Positions 7,050 through 15,561 of a stretch of 24,000 nucleotides of DNA are shown piece by piece. The DNA is taken from the NCBI GenBank assembly GCA_902363255.1, contig CABIZO010000001.1:449394-473393 (forward strand), written 5' to 3'. A model generated the notes under the pieces. The model saw only the letters and a program-made list of their open reading frames with translations, searched no databases and was not told where the DNA came from. This stretch comes from Peptostreptococcaceae bacterium. Its GTDB lineage: Bacteria > Bacillota > Clostridia > Peptostreptococcales > Peptostreptococcaceae. The number at the start of each line of letters is the position of its first letter. The first letter of the stretch is position 1. The position numbers and the translations under genes are program-made.

Positions 7050-10000
7050 GTGAAAAAAATTAAATATACATTAGTTCTTTTAACAATTTTAATGTGTATA
7101 TTTCCTAACAATATATATGCATCTAAAATGATGAATTTTGAAAACTTAACAATAGAAGATGGATTATCTCAAGCAACTGCAGAGACGATAATTCAAGATA
7201 GTGAAGGATATATATGGATAGGTACAAATGATGGATTGAATAGATATAATGGCTCGGATATAAAAGTATTTAAAGATAATGATGAAGATCAAAATAGTAT
7301 AATTAGTAATTATATAACGGCATTAGCGGAAGATAATGATAGAAATTTATGGGTTGGAACAGATGAAGGTTTGAGCAAAATAAATTTAGATGACTACACT
7401 ATAAATAATTATCGTTATTATGATAATGATAAAAAAACTCCATATTCTGCTGTATTAAGCCTTTATGTAGATGAAGATGGAAATCTTTATATGGGAGGTA
7501 ATACTGGTGTTTATATTTATAATAAAAGCGAAGATAAATTTGATATGATACTAGGATTAAAAGATGATTTAAGTATCAGAAACGTTTTTAGTATAAATAA
7601 GGATGAAAATCAGAATCTATGGATAGGTACAGATAAAGAGTTATATAGAATAGATTCAAAAGCGAAAAAAGCTATACCTTATGCCAATGAAAATATAAAT
7701 ACAAAAGATTGGGGAAAAATTTATTCTATTTTATTTGACGATGAAAATAATATGTGGATAGGGACTGCAGAAAAGGGATTAAAGAAAATAGATATAGAAA
7801 CAAATGAAATTCAATCATTTGTAGCAGATGAAAGTGATGATAACAAATTAAAATCAAATAGTGTAAGAAAGGTATTGCAAGATAGTAGCGGAAATATCTG
7901 GGTTGCAACAGAAAAAGGTCTTAGCAAATACAAGGGCGACGATAAGTTTATTACTTTTTTAAATAAAAGCTATGATAACAGTAGCTTAGCTAATGATATA
8001 GTGTACACACTTATGGAGGATAATACTGGATTAATTTGGGCGGGTACTTATACAGGTGTAAGTATATTCGATTCGAGGAATAAAATCGAAATATATAAAA
8101 ATGATCCCAGTGATGAAAACTCTTTAAGTGATAATGTAGTAATGGGTGTATATGAAGATGAGCAAGGTTTATTATGGATAGGAACAAGAGATAAAGGCTT
8201 AAATATAATAAATCGAGAAAATGAGACGATTAAGCATATTTATGAAGGTGACTCTGATTATGATTTAAGTACAAATTCTATAAGTATTATCACAGGAAAA
8301 GATAATATAATATGGGTCGGTACTAGAAATGGTGTAAATAAAATAAACAAACAAGATATGACCATAGAAAAATATACTACAGAAGATGGATTAATAGATA
8401 ATAATATCAAAGGTTTACTTATTGATAGTAGCAATCGTTTATGGATAGGTACACCAATAGGACTTAGCATCTTAGATATAGATACGAATACAATAACTGA
8501 TATGACTGAAAGGTTGATAGAAGCTGGTATAACAGATCCATATATTCAAGAAATTTATGAAGATAGAGACGGGATTTTTTGGATAGGAGGATATACAACT
8601 GGAGGTTTAATTAGATTTGATCCGAGAAATAACACTATAAAAACGTATAATAGCTATAAAGAAGATAAAGAAAAAGATGAAATGATTATAAGTAGTATAA
8701 GGGATATCGTAGAAGATGAAAATTCTAATCTATGGATAGGAACTAATGACGGACTATTATACTTTAATAAATCAGATAATTCATTTAAAAAGTATACAGA
8801 AAAAGATGGACTAGCAAACAATATAGTTTATCAAATATTAGTAGATGAAAATAAAAATTTATGGATGAGTACTAATAATGGTATATCCAAATTTGATATA
8901 AAAAATAATAGGTTTACCAATTTAAGCAGTACAGATGGACTTCAAAGTAATGAATTTAATGGAAACTCAGCATATAAATGTAAAAATGGAAATTTATTGT
9001 TTGGTGGAATAAAAGGGCTAAATATTTTTAATCCTAAAGATGTAATGGAGAAAAATTATGAAGCAAAAGTTAAATTTGATAGTTTTGAAGTTGAAGGTAG
9101 ACATTATAACAATATTGATGGTGAAATTTTTGAATATGATAAAAACTTTATTAGAATAAAATATTTTACAACTGATTATAGAAAGAACAATAATACTCAA
9201 TATTATTATAAACTAAAAGGTTCAACATATGATTGGGTGCCTGTCACAAACAATGAAGTTATATTTGAGAATTTATCATCAGGCAAGTATACATTTATAA
9301 TAAAGTGTAGAAATAATAATGGAAAAATGAGTGAAGAAAATAGTGTTAGTTTTACTATAAAACGACCTTTTTGGATGAGTGGATGGGCTGTAACTTTATA
9401 TATGCTAATAATTATTGCAATAATATATAATGGTATTAATAAAATGAAGCAATTAGATAAATTAGTCAATAGAAAGACAAGAGAGTTAAATAATGAAATG
9501 GAAAAAAATAAAATACTTTTTGACAGGTTATTAGAAGCAGAAAGAAGTAAAAATAACTATTTTATTAATTTATCTCATGAACTTAGAACGCCACTGAATG
9601 TAATAAACTCAATAGAACAATTAATAAGTAGTTTTTGTAAATCAGATAAGGAATTGACAAAAGATAAGTTAGAAAACTATATGGATATTATGAAAAATAA
9701 TACTGATAGATTATTGAACTTAATAAATAATATAATAGATACATCCAAAATTGAAAATGGAAAGTATAAGCTTAATAAATGTGAAAATAATATAGTTTAT
9801 CTAGTTGAGGAAGCAACATTAACTCTAAAAGAAAGTATAGAATCATCTGGAAAAGAACTTATATTTGATACTGATGTTGAGGAAAAAATAATTAACTGCG
9901 ATAAATATGATATAGAAAGATGTATAATTAACTTGGTCGGTAATGCACAAAAGTTTACGCCAACAGGTGGAAGTATAAGTGTCAATATTGAAGATTTAAA

Positions 10001-10235
10001 TGATTTTGTAAGGATTACTGTGGAAGATACAGGAATTGGAATAGACAAACAATATCATGATATAATATTTGACAGGTTTAACCAGATTGTAGATGAGCAT
10101 GGTGAAAATAAAGGTGGAAGTGGTTTAGGACTCACAATTACTAAACACATAATAGATCTTCATGGTGGAAATATCTATGTGGAAAGTGAAAAGAATAAAG
10201 GAACTAAATTTATAATTAATTTACCAATAAAATAA
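7050..10235 (+). CDS. Sensor histidine kinase with double beta-propeller (Reg_prop repeats) plus Y_Y_Y ectodomain; no receiver domain
   Basis: Signal/anchor VKKIKYTLVLLTILMCIFPNNIYA. About 14 repeats of the W(I/V)GTxxGL motif, enough for two 7-bladed propellers. Then QYYYKLKG (Y_Y_Y domain), a TM helix WAVTLYMLIIIAIIY, HisKA H-box LSHELRTPLN, and HATPase motifs GNAQKFT, DTGIGI, GGSGLGLTI. I place the start at the GTG at 7050 (AAGGAG 7 nt upstream); the track ORF extension from 6960 has no RBS. Confidence 0.9.
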   Translation: MKKIKYTLVLLTILMCIFPNNIYASKMMNFENLTIEDGLSQATAETIIQDSEGYIWIGTNDGLNRYNGSDIKVFKDNDEDQNSIISNYITALAEDNDRNLWVGTDEGLSKINLDDYTINNYRYYDNDKKTPYSAVLSLYVDEDGNLYMGGNTGVYIYNKSEDKFDMILGLKDDLSIRNVFSINKDENQNLWIGTDKELYRIDSKAKKAIPYANENINTKDWGKIYSILFDDENNMWIGTAEKGLKKIDIETNEIQSFVADESDDNKLKSNSVRKVLQDSSGNIWVATEKGLSKYKGDDKFITFLNKSYDNSSLANDIVYTLMEDNTGLIWAGTYTGVSIFDSRNKIEIYKNDPSDENSLSDNVVMGVYEDEQGLLWIGTRDKGLNIINRENETIKHIYEGDSDYDLSTNSISIITGKDNIIWVGTRNGVNKINKQDMTIEKYTTEDGLIDNNIKGLLIDSSNRLWIGTPIGLSILDIDTNTITDMTERLIEAGITDPYIQEIYEDRDGIFWIGGYTTGGLIRFDPRNNTIKTYNSYKEDKEKDEMIISSIRDIVEDENSNLWIGTNDGLLYFNKSDNSFKKYTEKDGLANNIVYQILVDENKNLWMSTNNGISKFDIKNNRFTNLSSTDGLQSNEFNGNSAYKCKNGNLLFGGIKGLNIFNPKDVMEKNYEAKVKFDSFEVEGRHYNNIDGEIFEYDKNFIRIKYFTTDYRKNNNTQYYYKLKGSTYDWVPVTNNEVIFENLSSGKYTFIIKCRNNNGKMSEENSVSFTIKRPFWMSGWAVTLYMLIIIAIIYNGINKMKQLDKLVNRKTRELNNEMEKNKILFDRLLEAERSKNNYFINLSHELRTPLNVINSIEQLISSFCKSDKELTKDKLENYMDIMKNNTDRLLNLINNIIDTSKIENGKYKLNKCENNIVYLVEEATLTLKESIESSGKELIFDTDVEEKIINCDKYDIERCIINLVGNAQKFTPTGGSISVNIEDLNDFVRITVEDTGIGIDKQYHDIIFDRFNQIVDEHGENKGGSGLGLTITKHIIDLHGGNIYVESEKNKGTKFIINLPIK

Positions 10236-10236
10236 A

Positions 10237-10268
10237 TAAAAAAGCTGCTATTTAGCAGCTTTTTTTTG
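10237..10268. terminator. Bidirectional terminator shared by the kinase gene (+) and the ThrE-like operon copy 1 (-)
   Basis: AAAAAAGCTGCTATTTAGCAGCTTTTTTTT: the palindrome AGCTGCT/AGCAGCT is flanked by an A-run and a T-run. The TAG stop of the minus-strand gene (10248-10250) lies in the hairpin. Confidence 0.75.
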
Positions 10269-10703
10269 TGAAATCATAAGCATTGTTTTAAATAAAGCAG
10301 TTACAATAAGTACTCCCATTGCTAAAGATCCAGAAATAAATAGTACATCAGCACCTTTTGCTATGGCAGCGCTATAGTTATTTTGAACTAGATAAAGCAT
10401 AGTATTGTACATACCAAGTCCTGGTACCAGTAGAATAATTCCTGGTATTGTAAAAACAATTGCAGGTTGTTTTAATTTTCTAGCAAATAGCTCACTGATA
10501 AGCGAAACTAAAAGAGCAGCAATAAAGTTTGACATTATATTATTGTTTGTACCGTTCATTAAAAAATAATATACTGCCCAACCTATTCCACCAACAAATC
10601 CACTTGGAATTAAGGTAGATTTAGGTGCTTTTAAGAATATAGCAAAACCGATAGTTGAAATAAAAGAATATATAAAATGCATGAAAACAGGCATATTAGT
10701 CAT
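10248..10703 (-). CDS. Threonine/serine exporter family protein, small subunit (ThrE_2 / YjjB-like), copy 1
   Basis: 151 aa with 4-5 TM helices, collinear with the paralog at 11627..12082 (MTNMPVFMHFIYSF vs MTDMPLYMHFIYSF). The start is set at 10703 by that alignment; TAATG overlaps the upstream gene's stop by 1 nt, with GGAGG inside the upstream gene. Confidence 0.8.
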   Translation of the reverse strand: MTNMPVFMHFIYSFISTIGFAIFLKAPKSTLIPSGFVGGIGWAVYYFLMNGTNNNIMSNFIAALLVSLISELFARKLKQPAIVFTIPGIILLVPGLGMYNTMLYLVQNNYSAAIAKGADVLFISGSLAMGVLIVTALFKTMLMISQKKAAK

Positions 10704-11491
10704 TATAAAACACCTCCAAGTCTTAACCAAACATCTAAAACTATACCTACGCCACAGGCGATACTGACAGCGGTAACAACGGCGTCAAAAGCACGAGCAA
10801 CACCAGACATTAAATCTCCAGAAATTAAATCCCTTATACCTTTGATGAAAGAAACTCCTGGAAGTAATGGCATAATAGATCCAACTACTAACATGGTAGG
10901 TGCTGATATTATATTTAACTGAGTTAGTATTACACCTATAAAAGCTATAAAGGATGATGCAATTAAACTGGCAAAAGCAGGTATACTACTTAATTCTATT
11001 ATTTTATTGTAAATTTTTACAGCTAAGATAGAGGCTATAAATGTAGATACAAATGTAGGAATATTATTTCCTTCAACTAAACCTGCAAAAATAGCAGAAC
11101 CAATACCTGTACTAATATATTGGGTTACATCAGAATAAGAATTAGCACGATTAATACTTTTTATTTCTTTCATAGCTTCTTCTACAGTTATTTCCGTATT
11201 ACTAACAAACTTTCTAGAAAAGTCATTTAATAAGGAAATTTTCTGTAAGTCTATAGACCTAGATTTTATAGACTTTAAAAATGAATAACCATCAAATTTA
11301 TAATCTGATATTATAATAACAGTAGGTGATGTAAATACATTTACATGATTGTATCCTCTTGAATTACAAACTCTAAGAACTGTATCTTCTACACGATAGG
11401 TTTCTGCTCCGTTAATTAACATAAGCTCACCTAAAAATAAGGCTAATCCTAGCACTTCTTTTTTATTAGCAGTATTAAATTCAACTTTCAT
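10703..11491 (-). CDS. Threonine/serine exporter family protein, large subunit (ThrE / YjjP-like, DUF1212-type), copy 1
   Basis: 262 aa. Conserved motif GAETYRVEDT near the N-terminus, a hydrophobic C-terminal half, and RBS GGAGG 8 nt upstream of the ATG at 11491. Confidence 0.8.
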   Translation of the reverse strand: MKVEFNTANKKEVLGLALFLGELMLINGAETYRVEDTVLRVCNSRGYNHVNVFTSPTVIIISDYKFDGYSFLKSIKSRSIDLQKISLLNDFSRKFVSNTEITVEEAMKEIKSINRANSYSDVTQYISTGIGSAIFAGLVEGNNIPTFVSTFIASILAVKIYNKIIELSSIPAFASLIASSFIAFIGVILTQLNIISAPTMLVVGSIMPLLPGVSFIKGIRDLISGDLMSGVARAFDAVVTAVSIACGVGIVLDVWLRLGGVL

Positions 11492-11567
11492 TAATTTTCC
11501 TCCGTAGATGATAAATAAATATTATTATGCAAAATAGTTAGATTTATACAAAATATAAACCTAGAGT

Positions 11568-11597
11568 AGTATATAATATTTACAAAAAGAAAGTCAA
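11568..11597 (-). promoter_or_regulatory. Candidate sigma-A promoter for ThrE-like operon copy 1
   Basis: The minus strand reads TTGACT (11597-11592), about 17-18 nt of spacer, then TATACT/ATATAC. It lies between the copy-2 terminator and the copy-1 start codon. Confidence 0.35.
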
Positions 11598-11616
11598 CAA
11601 GATAGTTGAATATAAG

Positions 11617-11646
11617 AAAAAAGCTACTATTTAGTAGCTTTTTTTA
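11617..11646 (-). terminator. Rho-independent terminator of ThrE-like operon copy 2
   Basis: AAAAAAGCTACTATTTAGTAGCTTTTTTT: the palindrome AGCTACT/AGTAGCT has a T-run on the minus-strand 3' side. The TAG stop of gene 11627..12082 is in the loop. It is homologous to the hairpin at 10237-10268. Confidence 0.7.
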
Positions 11647-12082
11647 TAGAGATTATATGTAATGTTTTGACTAGAGAAGTTATAACCAAAATTCCCAACG
11701 ATATAGCCCCACCAACAAATAGTACATCAGCACCTTTTGCAATAGCATTGCTATAGTCATTTTGAACTAAATAAAGCATGGTATTATACATACCAAGCCC
11801 TGGAACTAATGGAATAATACCTGGTATTATAAAAATGATTGCAGGTTGTTTTAATTTTCTAGCTAGAATCTCACTAATATAAGAAACTAATAAGGCAGCT
11901 ATAAAATTTGCTAAAATATCATTTCCAGTTAATTGTACTAAGTAATAAAATACTGACCATCCAACTCCACCAACAAATCCACTAGATATAAGTGTTGTTT
12001 TAGGTGAGTTTAGAAAAATAGCAAAACCTACAGTAGCAAAAAAAGAATATATAAAATGCATATACAAAGGCATATCTGTCAT
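11627..12082 (-). CDS. Threonine/serine exporter family protein, small subunit (ThrE_2 / YjjB-like), copy 2
   Basis: 151 aa, high identity to copy 1 across the full length. Its ATG overlaps the upstream stop by 1 nt (TAATG). Confidence 0.8.
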   Translation of the reverse strand: MTDMPLYMHFIYSFFATVGFAIFLNSPKTTLISSGFVGGVGWSVFYYLVQLTGNDILANFIAALLVSYISEILARKLKQPAIIFIIPGIIPLVPGLGMYNTMLYLVQNDYSNAIAKGADVLFVGGAISLGILVITSLVKTLHIISIKKATK

Positions 12083-12870
12083 TATAAAGTTCCTCCTAAT
12101 CTAAGCCAAATATCTAGAATAATAGCAACACCACAGGCTATACTTACAGCAGTAACACCAGCATCAAAAGCACGGGCAACACCAGAGATTAAGTCACCTG
12201 CAATTAAATCCCTAATCCCTTTAATAAAGGATACACCTGGAAGCAAAGGCATAATAGAGCCAACTATTAATAAAGCAGGTGTTGGAATAATGTTTATCTG
12301 AGATAATACTACACCTACAAGGGCTATAAAAGTTGATGCAACTAAAGAAGAAAATGCATGGATAGTACTGATTTTCATTATTTTTTTATAAATCATAACT
12401 GCTAATATAGAGGTAATAAATGTAGAGATAAAAGTAGGAATATTGTTTCCTTTTAGTAAAGTTGCAAAGAAAGCAGAACCTATTCCAGTAAAAAAACTTA
12501 AAACTAATGGATTATAAGATGTAGTACTTATTATTTCTTTTAATTCTTTCATAGAATCCTGTACTGTTAAATCAGGATTGGATACATATTTTCTAGAAAA
12601 ATTATTTAACATGGAAATTTTATTTAAATCTATAGATCTAGATTTTATACTTCTCATAAATGAATAACCATCAAATTTATAATCAGATATAATTATAACT
12701 GTTGGAGAGGTAAATACATTTATATGATTATAGTTTCTAGATTTACATATTCTAATGATAGTATCTTCTACACGATAAGTTTCTGCACCATTAATAAGCA
12801 TTAATTCACCAATAAACAATGCTAGTCGAAGTATATTTTTTTTGTTTTCTAGTTTAAAATCATCTTCCAT
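12082..12870 (-). CDS. Threonine/serine exporter family protein, large subunit (ThrE / YjjP-like), copy 2
   Basis: 262 aa, exactly the length of copy 1 and gap-free when aligned by eye (roughly two thirds identical). RBS AGGAGG upstream of the ATG at 12870. Confidence 0.8.
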   Translation of the reverse strand: MEDDFKLENKKNILRLALFIGELMLINGAETYRVEDTIIRICKSRNYNHINVFTSPTVIIISDYKFDGYSFMRSIKSRSIDLNKISMLNNFSRKYVSNPDLTVQDSMKELKEIISTTSYNPLVLSFFTGIGSAFFATLLKGNNIPTFISTFITSILAVMIYKKIMKISTIHAFSSLVASTFIALVGVVLSQINIIPTPALLIVGSIMPLLPGVSFIKGIRDLIAGDLISGVARAFDAGVTAVSIACGVAIILDIWLRLGGTL

Positions 12871-13058
12871 GAAACTACCTCCTTAGGATGTCATAATAAA
12901 TTTTAAAATCAATTATATCTATATTATGTAAAAGAGGAATATTCTAAACCCGTAAAAGTTAATAATCATAAATAAAAAACTAAAATAGAAGCATAAAAAT
13001 TATATAACTTATATATTTATAAGGAAGAAAGATAATTAATTAGGAAGGAGAAACTATC

Positions 13059-13622
13059 ATGTCTCAGATATATTATGTGTCGGATCATCACTTTTTTCAT
13101 GAATTAGCATTAAAAAGAAGTAGAAGTGAATATTTTAATAATACTAATGAGATGAACGAAGAAATTATAAAAAGACATAATAATAAAGTTGATGATGATG
13201 ACCACGTTTACATATTAGGAGATGTTATAATATGCGAAGAAAAAGACTTAGAAGAAAAACTTAAGATGACTGTGGGAAGATTGAAGGGGCATTTACATTT
13301 AATTTTAGGAAATCATGATTATAAGTTTCGTGATAATCCTATCTTTTTAAATTATTTTGAAACAGTGGAAGAAAGTAAGTTAATTAGAGATCATAATAAA
13401 TGGGTTCAGCTTTGTCATTATCCTATACTTTTATGGTATAGAAAGAATAAGGGAGCATATCATGTTTTTGGGCATATGCATGATGATCATTGTACAAAGG
13501 AGTTTTATATTATTAAGGGTGAAAAAAATATATTTAATTCTTGTGTAGAGATTAATAACTTTGAGCCGTGTACCCTTGATGAATTGATTATAAATAATGA
13601 GAATTTTTATAAAAAACACTAA
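13059..13622 (+). CDS. Metallophosphoesterase (calcineurin-like) family protein
   Basis: Metal-binding motifs in the canonical order: SDHHFFH (DxH), ILGDV (GD), GNHD, and GHMH. RBS GGAAGGAG upstream. Confidence 0.75.
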   Translation: MSQIYYVSDHHFFHELALKRSRSEYFNNTNEMNEEIIKRHNNKVDDDDHVYILGDVIICEEKDLEEKLKMTVGRLKGHLHLILGNHDYKFRDNPIFLNYFETVEESKLIRDHNKWVQLCHYPILLWYRKNKGAYHVFGHMHDDHCTKEFYIIKGEKNIFNSCVEINNFEPCTLDELIINNENFYKKH

Positions 13623-13652
13623 ACTAACTTGGTTTTTAGTTTAGTGTTTTTG
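13616..13652 (+). terminator. Rho-independent terminator
   Basis: ACACTAAACT (13616-13625) is complementary to AGTTTAGTGT (13638-13647), followed by TTTTT. The stop codon is inside the stem. Confidence 0.65.
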
Positions 13653-13712
13653 TATAAATTGATTTTAATAAACGTTCTATATTGATAGATTACTAATTAA
13701 GTTAAGTAAATT

Positions 13713-14687
13713 TTAACTATTATAATAATTGTCTCTTAGGAATTGAGCATTTTTTCTATTAACTAAATATCTTTTAAGTTCAGTTAGACATAAAAATAAA
13801 ATAGCTCGATTTTCAAATTCTTCTCTATCTTTAGGAAGAGGTTGAGTTTTCATATCATTATAAATTTTATCCAAATCATTCAATAAATTAGTAACAGTAT
13901 CAGCCTCAAAAGAAGTATTTCCTACTTTATTTATAAATTCAGATACTATATATCCTTGAGAAGGAACATAATTTAGTTGAGATACTAATGTGTATAGATT
14001 ATTTAGAATATCTCTTTGACTTTTTATTATTTCCATATGTTCTAAAAAATACTTTGTATCGCTTAGAAGGTTATTGTTAATATTTTCATAAGCTGCTTTA
14101 GTACTACTATTTATTAACTTATTTAATTCATCTAAGTTATGTTGAAAAGTAATATTTTTATCAGGATTACTTATTATATCAGCAATATTCATTAGAATTA
14201 AGCTTACCTGTTCTTGAAGTTTTTGTTGCCCCATATAAATTTTATTAAAATTAGAAGGCATATACATGTTGATTATTATACCTATTCCAGCACCAATTAT
14301 AAAAAGGCCTGTCTCATTTAATATCCAATACATACTCATGGAATTTTGAAGTAAATAATGAGAAGATATAACCACACACATGGCTATAACGTATCTTATG
14401 TTTAATGCAAAACAAGTACCGATTGTAATTAATATGTATAAGGAAAATGCAAATAAATTATAGCCTAACAAATTAAAACATATATATGAATAGACTGTGC
14501 ATAGTACAAATCCAAATAACTTGCCTAAAGCGCCTCTTAAGGTTTCTTTTTTCGTATCTTTTACAACTAAAAGAGTAATTACTCCAGCTACAGTTGAATA
14601 TTGAAGTTTAAAAAAAGATGCAATAATAATGGCTAATATACTCCCAAATGATAATTTTAATACTTTAACTGCATCTGTTTTGTTCAA
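13713..14687 (-). CDS. Aromatic acid exporter / FUSC-like (ArAE_1-type) membrane protein, second paralog in the window
   Basis: About 5 TM helices followed by a helical cytoplasmic C-terminal domain, the same architecture as 4669..5571. I prefer the TTG at 14687 (GGAGG 7 nt upstream) over the track ATG at 14720, which has no RBS. Confidence 0.6.
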   Translation of the reverse strand: MNKTDAVKVLKLSFGSILAIIIASFFKLQYSTVAGVITLLVVKDTKKETLRGALGKLFGFVLCTVYSYICFNLLGYNLFAFSLYILITIGTCFALNIRYVIAMCVVISSHYLLQNSMSMYWILNETGLFIIGAGIGIIINMYMPSNFNKIYMGQQKLQEQVSLILMNIADIISNPDKNITFQHNLDELNKLINSSTKAAYENINNNLLSDTKYFLEHMEIIKSQRDILNNLYTLVSQLNYVPSQGYIVSEFINKVGNTSFEADTVTNLLNDLDKIYNDMKTQPLPKDREEFENRAILFLCLTELKRYLVNRKNAQFLRDNYYNS

Positions 14688-14769
14688 ATTAAAACCTCCT
14701 TGAAAAATTATATTATTCATATTTTAACATAAATATAGAATTTCATGAAGAAATTATATAATATAGAAG

Positions 14770-14785
14770 AAGGACATATGTCCTT
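14770..14785. promoter_or_regulatory. Perfect 16-bp palindrome AAGGACATATGTCCTT in a divergent promoter region; candidate Crp/Fnr-family operator
   Basis: Read directly from the sequence. The core AGGAC-N4-GTCCT has the same 5-N4-5 geometry as FNR (TTGAT-N4-ATCAA) sites. It lies 60-75 bp upstream of the Crp/Fnr gene ATG at 14845. Confidence 0.45.
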
Positions 14786-14844
14786 TTGATTTATTTTAAT
14801 AATTATTAAAATAAAATAGAATACAAAACTTAGGAGTAAGTGAA

Positions 14845-15540
14845 ATGTATGACAACTCATTATACAAGGAAATAGGAAATAAAAAGGTTAAAGAATTTAT
14901 AAGAAAAATACCAAAGGATATTAAGGATAATTGTACTTTAAGAAGAATTGAAAAAGGAAAGATTGTAGTACTTAAGGAAGAAGAAATTAAAAAAATATAT
15001 ATTCATTGTAAAGGTCAAATGAGAGTAAGAAATGAATTTGAAAATGGATTTATATATGATTTTGCAAGTATTGAGCCCATATCTTATATTGGAGTTATGG
15101 AAGTTATGGCAAATAAACAGTTTTATTCTTCCACATTACAAACTACCACTGATAGCATAATTCTTGAAGTTTATAAAAATGATTTTATTGATTGGGTTAA
15201 TGAGGATCATAAATTAGCGTTAGATATGCTACATTTTGTATCAAATAAAATGTATGAACAATCTTTAAAAACAGGAGAAGTTCTAGCTTATCCAGCCATA
15301 GGTATTTTGATAAATTATTTAATTAATATTTTTGAAAATGAAGAAAAAGGTGAGGTTGTATTAGCAAAGAAAAGAGAAGAAATAGCATCGATTTTAGGAT
15401 TTTCAGTAAGAACAGTTAATAGAAATTTGAAAATTTTAAAAGATGAAAATCTAGTTTTTTCAGATAGAAAAGGCATATGCATTACTAAAGAACAATGTGA
15501 AAAGCTATATAAAAAATTAGATTCAATAAAAAATAAATAG
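14845..15540 (+). CDS. Crp/Fnr family transcriptional regulator
   Basis: 231 aa with an N-terminal cNMP-binding-like beta-roll region and a C-terminal HTH (REEIASILGFSVRTVNRNLKILKDENLV). RBS AGGAG is 8 nt upstream. There is no E. coli FNR-like N-terminal Cys cluster. Confidence 0.85.
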   Translation: MYDNSLYKEIGNKKVKEFIRKIPKDIKDNCTLRRIEKGKIVVLKEEEIKKIYIHCKGQMRVRNEFENGFIYDFASIEPISYIGVMEVMANKQFYSSTLQTTTDSIILEVYKNDFIDWVNEDHKLALDMLHFVSNKMYEQSLKTGEVLAYPAIGILINYLINIFENEEKGEVVLAKKREEIASILGFSVRTVNRNLKILKDENLVFSDRKGICITKEQCEKLYKKLDSIKNK

Positions 15541-15561
15541 CCAAATATGGGGGACATGTGA

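Noticed and set aside
7150-9000. A recurrent nucleotide pattern (tggataggtac... / ggattaa...) across the kinase gene, which could be read as a DNA repeat family.
   Set aside because: The periodicity is at the protein level: W-I-G-T...G-L propeller blades of about 45-50 aa. Nucleotide identity between blades is limited to those codons.
10677-12301. Two 81-aa plus-strand ORFs (10677..10922 and 12056..12301), similar to each other and antisense to the ThrE-like genes.
   Set aside because: Their similarity follows automatically from the sense-strand duplication. They span the junction and GC-richer Gly/Ala/Val-rich end of real minus-strand genes, where antisense stops are depleted. They have no RBS, and the products are low-complexity. 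I treat them as shadow ORFs.
10248-12870. Whether the 1379-bp tandem duplication is a mobile element or a recent assembly artefact.
   Set aside because: There is no transposase, integrase or terminal inverted repeat. The copies have diverged substantially at both nucleotide and protein level, which rules out a collapsed or duplicated assembly artefact.
12907-12934. TATATTATGTAAA, which resembles the XerD arm and central region of the Firmicute dif site (B. subtilis ACTTCCTAGAATATATATTATGTAAACT).
   Set aside because: Only the right arm matches (9 of 11). The would-be XerC arm matches at about 4 of 11 positions. In DNA this AT-rich, a half-site match is not convincing.
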